DNA of 62,318 bases, counting the filler. It is 3 parts of 3 records of this genome, joined end to end, with 100 filler letters (N's around TTAATTAATTAA, not from the genome) between each part and the next. Parts side by side here need not be neighbours in the genome. Positions count along the whole stretch, not along the records: positions 27,994 to 56,721 come from SRR31156797_681; 2 more parts are not named here. The stretch is one strand, 5' to 3'. Within the stretch, counting starts at the first letter, position 1, and each line of letters opens with the position of its first letter. Below the pieces are notes generated by a model. The model saw only the letters and a list, made by a program, of their open reading frames with translations. It ran no database searches and was not told the DNA's origin. Position numbers and translations under genes: made by a program. Positions 39,604 to 47,968 of this stretch are shown piece after piece.

Positions 39604-40803
39604 TTAATTAACATATGGGTGTTTTGTAATATACTCAAATACTAATGTCTGTCCCTCTTCAGTTAAATGATAATTATCATCCAAATAGTATTCAGACTTA
39701 CCATATCCCATTTCGTCCTTTAGTACAATAGCTGAGTTGAGATATTTAACTCCGATTTCAGAGCACATCTGTACCAGATAATAATTCACCTTGTTTATCT
39801 TATCATTGTCTGGGAAAAACGTCTCTGATATCTGTGTATCTATGTATCCATTAACCGGCAGGATGTTGTTGACTATTATCTGTGTATCTGGTGAAGCCAG
39901 CATAACCTCTTCCAGGAAAACTCTATAAAGATTTACTATTACAGCTGGATCGTGAGAACTTACGCAGTCTATACCCATAGTAAGGATTATTCTTTTTGGC
40001 TGAAAATTACGGATTAGATTTATTGCTAAGTCCTGTTCTTTGGTAAAGAATTTATCTATTTTCAGTTTACTGATATTTATTGGAGTCAGAGACTGTGCAC
40101 CCCAGCCATGAGCAGAGTCAATCAGGTCATACCATATGAAATAGCATGATATAGAATCGCCGATAAAAATGGTTTCATCCAGATATTCTGATAGTTCATC
40201 ATCGTCTAGTATTCTCTCTTCTAATATTGTACCTGGATACATTCCTGTTAGTCTGAACTCTTGTGTGCTTTCAGTAAGGACAGATGTTTCAACTATTATT
40301 TTCTGAGTAATGTCAGCAGTATTGCCAGAGGAATCTTCAACTGAGTATTGGATACAGTACTCACCCTCGATACTGGTATCAACATTGCTTGTGATTTCAA
40401 CTAAGGAACTGACATCGCCGTCGTAATTATCAATGGCTGAATATTCTGGGATTATAAACTCGCTGTCCTTTTTGACATAGATTGTACTGTCAGTATCTAG
40501 CTTTATAACAGGAGGCGAGGTGTCACATACCTGTATGTACCTTGTTATGGTTGTATCCTTGTAGATGTAATTTATGGTGTGTTCCCCTAGAATGTCTGTG
40601 TCAAGGTCTGAGATTACCTTGATTTCATCATCCTTATTTTCTCCGTTTAATTTTAAGTATGCACCCTCATCTATATATTTATTACCAAAATCTATTACTA
40701 AATTTTCTTCGCCATAAAGAGCAAATTCAATTTCATCGGATTTTGAACAGCCGGAAAATAATATGAATACAATAATAAAGATTATCGCTGATTTAATTCT
40801 CAA
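39604..40803 (-). CDS. lipoprotein with two DUF5011/Ig-like domains and an SGNH domain (paralog 2)
   Basis: Lipobox FSGC, DTSPPVIKL, DNYDGDVS, IGDS and DDNYHLT. AGGAG RBS. Confidence 0.87.
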   Translation of the reverse strand: MRIKSAIIFIIVFILFSGCSKSDEIEFALYGEENLVIDFGNKYIDEGAYLKLNGENKDDEIKVISDLDTDILGEHTINYIYKDTTITRYIQVCDTSPPVIKLDTDSTIYVKKDSEFIIPEYSAIDNYDGDVSSLVEITSNVDTSIEGEYCIQYSVEDSSGNTADITQKIIVETSVLTESTQEFRLTGMYPGTILEERILDDDELSEYLDETIFIGDSISCYFIWYDLIDSAHGWGAQSLTPINISKLKIDKFFTKEQDLAINLIRNFQPKRIILTMGIDCVSSHDPAVIVNLYRVFLEEVMLASPDTQIIVNNILPVNGYIDTQISETFFPDNDKINKVNYYLVQMCSEIGVKYLNSAIVLKDEMGYGKSEYYLDDNYHLTEEGQTLVFEYITKHPYVN

Positions 40804-40988
40804 AACCTAACTCCTTTAGCAAATTCCTAAATATTATAGCATAAATTTACCATATTGTTGAGAGTAAGGCATTAATAATTGTTATTAATATGTAGTTAGA
40901 TTTATATTTCAAATATATGATTAAGATTGAGAGTTTAGATTTCAGAATTTATAAAGGTGTGCAACTCACATTATAGAACAGAGCTTTG

Positions 40989-41648
40989 TCATTCAATCAT
41001 TTCCTTCAAATCATCAATACACATTGAAATAGTACCTACGCTGTCAATAAGTCCGTGGTCAACGGCTTCCTGACCTATGAGAACAGAACCAGTGTCATTG
41101 GATATTTCTTCGGTTTCATTCATAAGGCGGATTAATGTTTCTTTATCAATATCCGAGTGAGTACAGATGAAGTTGGTAATCCTCTCCTGCATTCGTCTCA
41201 TATAATTATAAGTCTGTTCAACTCCTATGACTACGCCGTTCATTCGTACTGGATGTATCATCATGGTAGCTGTAGGTGCAATGTAGGATTTATCTGCACT
41301 GACTGCAAGAGAAACGCCGATACTGTGTCCGCCGCCTAACACTAAGCTTACTGATGGAGTAGACATACCAGAGACCATTTCGGATATTGCAAGTCCTGCT
41401 TCTACGTCACCGCCCATAGTGTTTAGAATTAGTACAAAACCCTTAACGTTCTTATTGTCCTCAATTGCCATTAAAAGGGGTATGACATGTTCATATTTTG
41501 TCGTTTTGGTTTGGTCAGTCAGCATCATATGCCCTTCAACCTGACCGATTATAGTCACACATTGTATTTCATGCTCGCCTATTTCCTTTATAGACGGCTC
41601 GACTGCAGTATTATTCTCTGTTTTATTTTTAGCTTCTTTTTCACACAT
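40989..41648 (-). CDS. tepA: ClpP-like translocation-enhancing protein TepA
   Basis: IIGQVEGH, TTKYEHVIP, GGDVEAGLAI, GGHSIG and IHP. Confidence 0.88.
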   Translation of the reverse strand: MCEKEAKNKTENNTAVEPSIKEIGEHEIQCVTIIGQVEGHMMLTDQTKTTKYEHVIPLLMAIEDNKNVKGFVLILNTMGGDVEAGLAISEMVSGMSTPSVSLVLGGGHSIGVSLAVSADKSYIAPTATMMIHPVRMNGVVIGVEQTYNYMRRMQERITNFICTHSDIDKETLIRLMNETEEISNDTGSVLIGQEAVDHGLIDSVGTISMCIDDLKEMIE

Positions 41649-41764
41649 ACTTGTTTACTCCGATATTTTTTTGTAAATCTCTAGTTTAGTATTGACTCTG
41701 AAACAAATTTTATGTTTAGCAAAATTTGAAATATAAACCATTTAGAAAGCAATTTCTGTATCTG

Positions 41765-41794
41765 TTGTATTGGTTGATTAAACTATGATATAAT
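41765..41794 (+). promoter_or_regulatory. sigmaA promoter of the ECF sigma gene
   Basis: TTGTAT-18 nt-TATAAT with an extended -10 TG. Confidence 0.6.
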
Positions 41795-41834
41795 CACGAC
41801 GAAGCAGAACACGATTTTTGTAAAGGAAACTAAT

Positions 41835-42425
41835 ATGTGTAATAAAGACAAAGAATTGCTTAAAAGAGCTCTAGAGGGAGATATCTCTGCTTTTGAGGAA
41901 TTGGTAGGCAGAAATCAAAAGAAGATATATAACCTGTGTTATAGAATGATGGGAAATGCAGAAGATGCACAGGATATGTCCCAGGAGGCGTTTATTAAGG
42001 CATTCAAGAATTTGAAGAAATTTAAATTAAAATGTGCTTTCTCTACATGGATGTACAGAATTGCTGTAAATACATGTCTGGATGAACTGCGCCGCAGAAA
42101 GAACAATAAACTATCTATTGATGAAATCAATGAAAGCGGAATTATGATTGAAGATAAGAAAATAGGTGATATTGCAGAGAATATTGCTTGCAGGAACGAT
42201 ATAATATCGGCTCTTAACAAGCTCCAGGATAAAGAGAAAACAATAATAATTCTAAAAGATGTGCAAGGTAACAGCTATGAAGATATAGCAGCTATCCTGC
42301 AGTGTCCTGTAGGAACTGTACGCTCCAGACTTAACCGTGCCAGAAAAAAATTAGCTGGAATCTGCATTGAGATGGAACTATATCCTGCTAGTTACCGTCA
42401 TAATGAATGTAAGGAGGCTAAGTAA
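41835..42425 (+). CDS. ECF RNA polymerase sigma factor
   Basis: DAQDMSQEAF, FSTWMYRIAVN and SYEDIA..GTVRSRLNRAR. Confidence 0.95.
   Translation: MCNKDKELLKRALEGDISAFEELVGRNQKKIYNLCYRMMGNAEDAQDMSQEAFIKAFKNLKKFKLKCAFSTWMYRIAVNTCLDELRRRKNNKLSIDEINESGIMIEDKKIGDIAENIACRNDIISALNKLQDKEKTIIILKDVQGNSYEDIAAILQCPVGTVRSRLNRARKKLAGICIEMELYPASYRHNECKEAK
42374..42400 (+). promoter_or_regulatory. putative ECF-dependent promoter inside the sigma gene 3' end
   Basis: GGAACT-16 nt-CGTCA, 10 nt upstream of the AAGGAGG RBS of the anti-sigma gene. Confidence 0.65.
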
Positions 42426-43330
42426 TGAACTGCAATAAATACATAAAATTGATAAATATGCATGTTGATAATTGTATTACAGACAGTGATTACAAGGCTC
42501 TCATGCATCATATTAACGAATGTCAGGAATGCAACAACTATTACAATGTAGTAACTCAAATGGTAGAAGATTTGCAAAATGTAGAAGAAGCACAATTGCC
42601 AAAAGGCTATGAAAACAAATTGCATTTTGCCCTAGAGAGGTCAAAGGATACAAAAAGTGCAAGCCTGCTGCCCAGACGCAAAAAGGTATTGGTAGCGGCT
42701 ATGTCTGCTGTATGTGCTCTGATACTGGTGGTGAGCTCAGCGTCTATTATAGGTGATGGCGTTATGATGAACAGTGTAGATCAAGCCGCTGAAGAGATGC
42801 CTATGGCTGAGGCAGTATATGAAGATGTGAAAGCCGAGGAAGCTGAGGAAGAGATTGCGGAAGAATCTCTTGCATATGCAAAAGATGAAGCAGCATCTGA
42901 GCCTAAGGGTAGAGATGTGGATGATGAAAGTGACGGTGTCAATCTAGAGAGTGAAACAGACACTGAAACAACCAGCAATACCTCTGGTGCAGAGGCAGGA
43001 TGCGGATGCAGTAATTATATTCATGGTGACAGTATTGTAATTCATCTGGATGTAGAGGATATACAAAAGGTATATGATGAATTAAATGCACGGCTCGCCC
43101 CATTTGACCCAAAGCCTGATTGGGTGTTATACACAGAAGAACCGGAAGAATATCTATCCTTTAGATGTTTAGATGATTTTGCAACTATTGATAATTGGGC
43201 AAATGAGATAATTAGTGATTATACAGGAAATGTGGAAATGTATTATTCTGCAAGAGTTGAATATGAGGACATTGATACAGAGTTGGTCGGCTTACAAAAT
43301 CATGGATATCTATTTGTTGTAATTAAATAG
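42425..43330 (+). CDS. zinc-binding anti-sigma factor (zf-HC2, TM, acidic extracellular region)
   Basis: C...HINECQEC (HxxxCxxC) and one TM. Coupled to the sigma gene by a TAATG overlap. Confidence 0.88.
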   Translation: MNCNKYIKLINMHVDNCITDSDYKALMHHINECQECNNYYNVVTQMVEDLQNVEEAQLPKGYENKLHFALERSKDTKSASLLPRRKKVLVAAMSAVCALILVVSSASIIGDGVMMNSVDQAAEEMPMAEAVYEDVKAEEAEEEIAEESLAYAKDEAASEPKGRDVDDESDGVNLESETDTETTSNTSGAEAGCGCSNYIHGDSIVIHLDVEDIQKVYDELNARLAPFDPKPDWVLYTEEPEEYLSFRCLDDFATIDNWANEIISDYTGNVEMYYSARVEYEDIDTELVGLQNHGYLFVVIK

Positions 43331-43357
43331 ATACAGAGAACGAAAGGCGGAAAAAAT

Positions 43358-44119
43358 ATGCAAAACAAATTATGGTTTATCTTAGTATTAGTTGGTGTTA
43401 TTATAATACTTGCTGTAGTAGTAGTATTGATAGCTCTAAATGGTGATTCTGGCTCAACAGCTGTGACAGCAAGTGAAAGCTTATCTACTATCAGCGTCAG
43501 CGGAGAATACGATATAAAAATACCTGCTAATGTTGCCTATATTGAAATAGGTGTAGAAACAAAGGACAAAGAGGTCAAAACTGCTCAGGAAAACAATGCA
43601 AATGATATTAACAATGTAATTGAATCTGTAAAGGAATTAGGGCTGACTGATGATGATATTACTACAAGTAACTATTCTATCTATCCAAATTATGACTACT
43701 CCAATGATGATGATTCTCAAACCATAGAATATTATACTGTAAGTAATATAGTGAAACTAAAAATAGTTGATTTGGAGATTTTAGGACAGGTGTTAGATAT
43801 TGCAACTGAGGCTGGTGCAAACAGAGCTTATAATATCTACTTTGATGCTGACGATACTGATGAAACACAGAACGAAGCACTAAAGATGGCGATAAAGGAT
43901 GCACTAGACAGAGCTGATATTATTGCAGAAGCTGCAGATGTTAAGGTAGTAGGTATAAAAGAAATTGTTGATGAGTCATATGATTCATATGGATACTACA
44001 GCTCTTATGACAATATAAACATGTCATATGCTAAAGAAGCAGGCGGCGGAACAACTATTATGTCCGGTGATGTGACTATTAGTGCCAGTGTACATATATT
44101 GGTTGAGATTAGCGATTAA
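43358..44119 (+). CDS. SIMPL (DUF541) domain protein
   Basis: TISVSGE, DITTSNYSIYPNY, GAN and EALKMAIKDA. Confidence 0.9.
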   Translation: MQNKLWFILVLVGVIIILAVVVVLIALNGDSGSTAVTASESLSTISVSGEYDIKIPANVAYIEIGVETKDKEVKTAQENNANDINNVIESVKELGLTDDDITTSNYSIYPNYDYSNDDDSQTIEYYTVSNIVKLKIVDLEILGQVLDIATEAGANRAYNIYFDADDTDETQNEALKMAIKDALDRADIIAEAADVKVVGIKEIVDESYDSYGYYSSYDNINMSYAKEAGGGTTIMSGDVTISASVHILVEISD

Positions 44120-44150
44120 TATATTACCATAAATTAACACATTATAATAC

Positions 44151-44182
44151 AGAGCGACTACTTGTATACGTCGCTCTTTTTT
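44151..44182 (+). terminator. intrinsic terminator
   Basis: AGAGCGAC-loop-GTCGCTCT-TTTTT. Confidence 0.8.
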
Positions 44183-44237
44183 GTTATATTAAGGTAAAGG
44201 TATATAATATTGTTAATTATAACAGGAGTGGTAGGAT

Positions 44238-45620
44238 TTGGTAACGCAAACTGAAAACAAAAAGAAGAAGAAAACAATATCAATAATTAATCACATTATT
44301 GTGATATTAATGTTTGTTATGATTTCTTTCTTCGCACCTGTTGATGAGAGAAACTGTGATTCTGTCATCAAGTTGAATACAGCTGAAGCTGAGTATGAAG
44401 TCAGTGGTGAGAGAACACTGATTATAGCTGTGTACGGCTGTATTGAGGACGACAGATATTTTACGATTGATTACGTAGGCAGTTTGTTAAGGGGATTGGA
44501 TTTACCTAAAACTGATACCATTTTGATAAATACAAATTTAAGTATGGCTGAACAGAACGATATTTTTGATGAAGCTATGCTGGAATATTTGGTAAATAAT
44601 TATAAGTATACAAATATTATTGCTTTGGGTGATGATTCAATGGAATTTGCTGAGGAGGCAAAGCATCTGTTTTATCCAAGTGCTAGCCTTTATTGCTGCA
44701 CTATAAAAGACTGTAATAGTACGATAACAGAAGATGCATTTGATACTAAATATTTAGCAAACAAAAGTCTTGGTATAAGAATTGATAATGATTCTCATGT
44801 ATATACATGTTCTGATGATGAATTTGTAAGCGCAACTATCAAAAGTGCTTTAGAGATGAATAAGGAAGAAGAAAACATTATAATAGTAAAAGACGACAGC
44901 GACTATTGCAGTAGGATTGTTAGTCTGATATTTAAGAATTCATTATTGGCAGACAAACAAATAAAGGTAGTTGATACGAAAGACTTTGATATTAATACAT
45001 TTGATTACAATACAATTTTTCTATTCACTGCATTTCCTGATAATATTGATGAAATAATGACATCTTTATCCAGATATACTTTGGCGAACTGTTTTGATTT
45101 ATCCGATGAAGATATAAATCATTATACTCAGTCTTGTATGCCAATGAGGTTTGTCAGCCTAGTATGTAATCATGAACCTATTGTATTATTAGGTGAAAAG
45201 AGTGATTTGCCAGAATACATGGCTCATGACTTATTAGAAAAAACTTTGCTGTGTTATATTGGTTTGGATAAAGATGGATTTTTGGCATATGAAATATCTG
45301 ATTTGAATACTGCAAAATTTATCAACTATGGATTGATGCTAAACGGAATCACATCATTCAGCGATAATGTGATAGAACAGGCAAAGATATGCGTAGAAAA
45401 AGATTTGGTAATATCAAAATCTCAATTAAAAGTGGGAGATGTTATTTATCTCAGTGATACTCAATATCCTGATGAAGCACAGGTGAAGGATGTAGCAGTA
45501 TATCTTGGGAGTAATACTGTAATACATGTTAACGAAGATGGCTTAGTTGTGTGTGAAGAGTCACCGGAAGACATATATCATAGCATTTATGCAGATATCA
45601 GACCATTGTTTGCTCGATAA
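44238..45620 (+). CDS. membrane-anchored protein with a binding-protein-like region and a degenerate NlpC/P60-like C-terminus
   Basis: N-terminal TM, IIALGDDSMEFA, and LKVGDVIYL..DVAVYLGSNTVIH. Confidence 0.55.
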   Translation: MVTQTENKKKKKTISIINHIIVILMFVMISFFAPVDERNCDSVIKLNTAEAEYEVSGERTLIIAVYGCIEDDRYFTIDYVGSLLRGLDLPKTDTILINTNLSMAEQNDIFDEAMLEYLVNNYKYTNIIALGDDSMEFAEEAKHLFYPSASLYCCTIKDCNSTITEDAFDTKYLANKSLGIRIDNDSHVYTCSDDEFVSATIKSALEMNKEEENIIIVKDDSDYCSRIVSLIFKNSLLADKQIKVVDTKDFDINTFDYNTIFLFTAFPDNIDEIMTSLSRYTLANCFDLSDEDINHYTQSCMPMRFVSLVCNHEPIVLLGEKSDLPEYMAHDLLEKTLLCYIGLDKDGFLAYEISDLNTAKFINYGLMLNGITSFSDNVIEQAKICVEKDLVISKSQLKVGDVIYLSDTQYPDEAQVKDVAVYLGSNTVIHVNEDGLVVCEESPEDIYHSIYADIRPLFAR

Positions 45621-46232
45621 TTATTCTATCATTTTTCTTATATACAGTTCAATGCCAATGCTGTCAGCAATAAGCTGGCATTTCTTTTGGTCTTTTAAAG
45701 GAAGCAAATCAACTATCGTCAGTCTGACATACGGTACATGCTCTTTGCATAATACAGCAAAGTCTAGAATACCCTGAAATGCATCTTTCCCATAGATGCT
45801 ATGACATATAGCATCGTAATTTGACGCATCACTATGATTAAGTGAAATAGATACAACATCAATTAAACCCTCAAGTCTGGGAGTAATATCCTCTTTGAAG
45901 AACATATTTGCCTGACCATTTGTATTGATGCGTATTTTTTTGTTATACTTATTTTTTATAATTTTTGCAGACTCCAGCAGTGCATCTAAGCGCATAGTAG
46001 GTTCGCCGTATCCGCAATATACTATTTCACTGCATTTATCTACATCATGCTCTTCTAATTGCTTTATTATTTCATCTACAGTTGGCTCATGCTTAAGCCA
46101 CAGTACATCCTCGCCAACGCCGTCTTTATTATTTCGAACGCAAAAATCACAGTCGTTAGTACATGCATTGGTAAGATTTATATATATATTGTTTTTGTAT
46201 TCATAGGCAAATACATTTGCTTTCTCTGTCAT
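45621..46232 (-). CDS. TatD-associated radical SAM protein
   Basis: YINLTNACTNDCDFC (CxxxCxxC), CGYGEPT, RINTNG and SISLN. Confidence 0.9.
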   Translation of the reverse strand: MTEKANVFAYEYKNNIYINLTNACTNDCDFCVRNNKDGVGEDVLWLKHEPTVDEIIKQLEEHDVDKCSEIVYCGYGEPTMRLDALLESAKIIKNKYNKKIRINTNGQANMFFKEDITPRLEGLIDVVSISLNHSDASNYDAICHSIYGKDAFQGILDFAVLCKEHVPYVRLTIVDLLPLKDQKKCQLIADSIGIELYIRKMIE

Positions 46233-46242
46233 CTTTTATTCC

Positions 46243-47049
46243 TTATTTTAGTTTTAGTTTTGACATATCTCCGATATGCTGGAAGCCGATTTTTGTATAA
46301 ATATGGTTGGATATTGGGTTAGCAGCGTCAGCATATAGTATTACTATATCTGTTGATTTTAGCAGGTGTCTGCAAAGTGCAGATACTAAGCCTCTAGCAT
46401 AGCCATTACCCCGTAATTCTGGCGGTGTATACACTGAACCAATAGTCTTAGCTATCTCGGTATTTCTGTGATTTGATGCCATTGATACTATTTCGTCATT
46501 CACTACCCAATAGTACATATTACCTGATTCTATAAATCGTTGATTATATTCTTGCTTCTTAGGTATTTCGGTAATGTTGCAGTCTTTATAAAAGCCTAAA
46601 GCCCATTCATAAGAATCAAAGTCTGTGTCATTTGATGTAATCATTATACCTTCAACAATTGAAGTAGGTATAACTTTGGTTAATTTATATAGATACAAAT
46701 TTTCCAGTACTTCGTATTCTCTGTCATTTACTTTTACAAATCTGGAAATATGACTTAGTCTTCCGTTTATTATGTTTATATCTGTATTCTTGCTTATATC
46801 ACTGTAGACTTCTATCATAAGCTTATCCAAATCATCACCAAAGGCAGCCATTATACATGGATAAGGCGCAGTACGGACTGCTAATACACATGAAGTATCG
46901 TTCTTTGCCGCAGCACCATAGAAACCATCATCACTGTTTTTACCTGAATTTGCAATCATCCACATCAGGTTTAGCTCAAGCTGGTGTTCAATTATCAAAT
47001 GCTTGTTGTCTTTGAAAAACTCATCAGCATGGGTATAGACTTTTAACAT
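46243..47049 (-). CDS. GNAT family acetyltransferase (FR47-like)
   Basis: VYTPPELRGNGYA, LYADAANPISN and YTKIGF. AAGGAG RBS before ATG 47049. Confidence 0.88.
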   Translation of the reverse strand: MLKVYTHADEFFKDNKHLIIEHQLELNLMWMIANSGKNSDDGFYGAAAKNDTSCVLAVRTAPYPCIMAAFGDDLDKLMIEVYSDISKNTDINIINGRLSHISRFVKVNDREYEVLENLYLYKLTKVIPTSIVEGIMITSNDTDFDSYEWALGFYKDCNITEIPKKQEYNQRFIESGNMYYWVVNDEIVSMASNHRNTEIAKTIGSVYTPPELRGNGYARGLVSALCRHLLKSTDIVILYADAANPISNHIYTKIGFQHIGDMSKLKLK

Positions 47050-47200
47050 AATTGCTCCTTGTGTGGTATACACAGTTAGAAATTAGTGTATTGCACATAA
47101 CCGCTAATGTATACCAAGTCGCTAGATTATCAAGTAAATTAGTGTCTAGATACAGTTTCGATTTTATTGTATAAAATCTCCTTGACATATTGAAAAATTA

Positions 47201-47968
47201 TTAATCAATTCCAAATAACCTGCAAGTATTGTTATATGTTATACCAGCTACTTCCTCCAAAGTCAAGCCCTTTATTTGGGCTACAGCCTCAGCTACGTGC
47301 AGTACGTTTTTTGGTTCATTTCTCTTTCCTCTGTGAGGCTCTGGAGTCATGTATGGGCAGTCAGTTTCGATCAGCATTCGCTCAATAGGCACATATTCTA
47401 CTACTTTTTTGACCTTATTAGCATTTTTAAAAGTTATTACTCCTGTGAATGATATATGCATTCCTGCATCAAGGCAGATTTTTGCACTATCTATAGAACC
47501 GCCAAAGCAGTGCATTACAGCATTGTTTACAGTCTCTCCATTTGTTATCATTGGCAGAAAATCCCCGTATGCCTCTCGTATATGATATATTACAGGCATA
47601 TCTAGTTTCTTTGCCAGATTTAGCTGCTTCTTAAATACGTTGATTTGTACATCTCGGGGAGAAAAATCATAATGATAGTCCAGACCTATTTCCCCAATTG
47701 CTACTACCTTTTTGTTTTCTGTCATTTTGGCAAGTTCAGCGATATTGCTCTCTTCAAAGAGTTTAGCATCATGGGGATGAATCCCCACAGATGCGTAAAT
47801 CATATTGTTATTGTTAGATAATTCTATAGCGTTTCTTGATGTTGCCATATCAGCGCCAACTGATATAATTCTGTCAACACCGTTAGCTTTTAGGCTATTT
47901 ATTATATCTTGTCTGTCATTGTCAAATTTCTTATCATCTAAGTGTGTATGGCTGTCAAATAGCTTCAT
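47201..47968 (-). CDS. tatD: TatD family nuclease
   Basis: DSHTH, GIHPH, IGEIGLDY, HIREA, MHCF and ETDCPY. Confidence 0.95.
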   Translation of the reverse strand: MKLFDSHTHLDDKKFDNDRQDIINSLKANGVDRIISVGADMATSRNAIELSNNNNMIYASVGIHPHDAKLFEESNIAELAKMTENKKVVAIGEIGLDYHYDFSPRDVQINVFKKQLNLAKKLDMPVIYHIREAYGDFLPMITNGETVNNAVMHCFGGSIDSAKICLDAGMHISFTGVITFKNANKVKKVVEYVPIERMLIETDCPYMTPEPHRGKRNEPKNVLHVAEAVAQIKGLTLEEVAGITYNNTCRLFGID

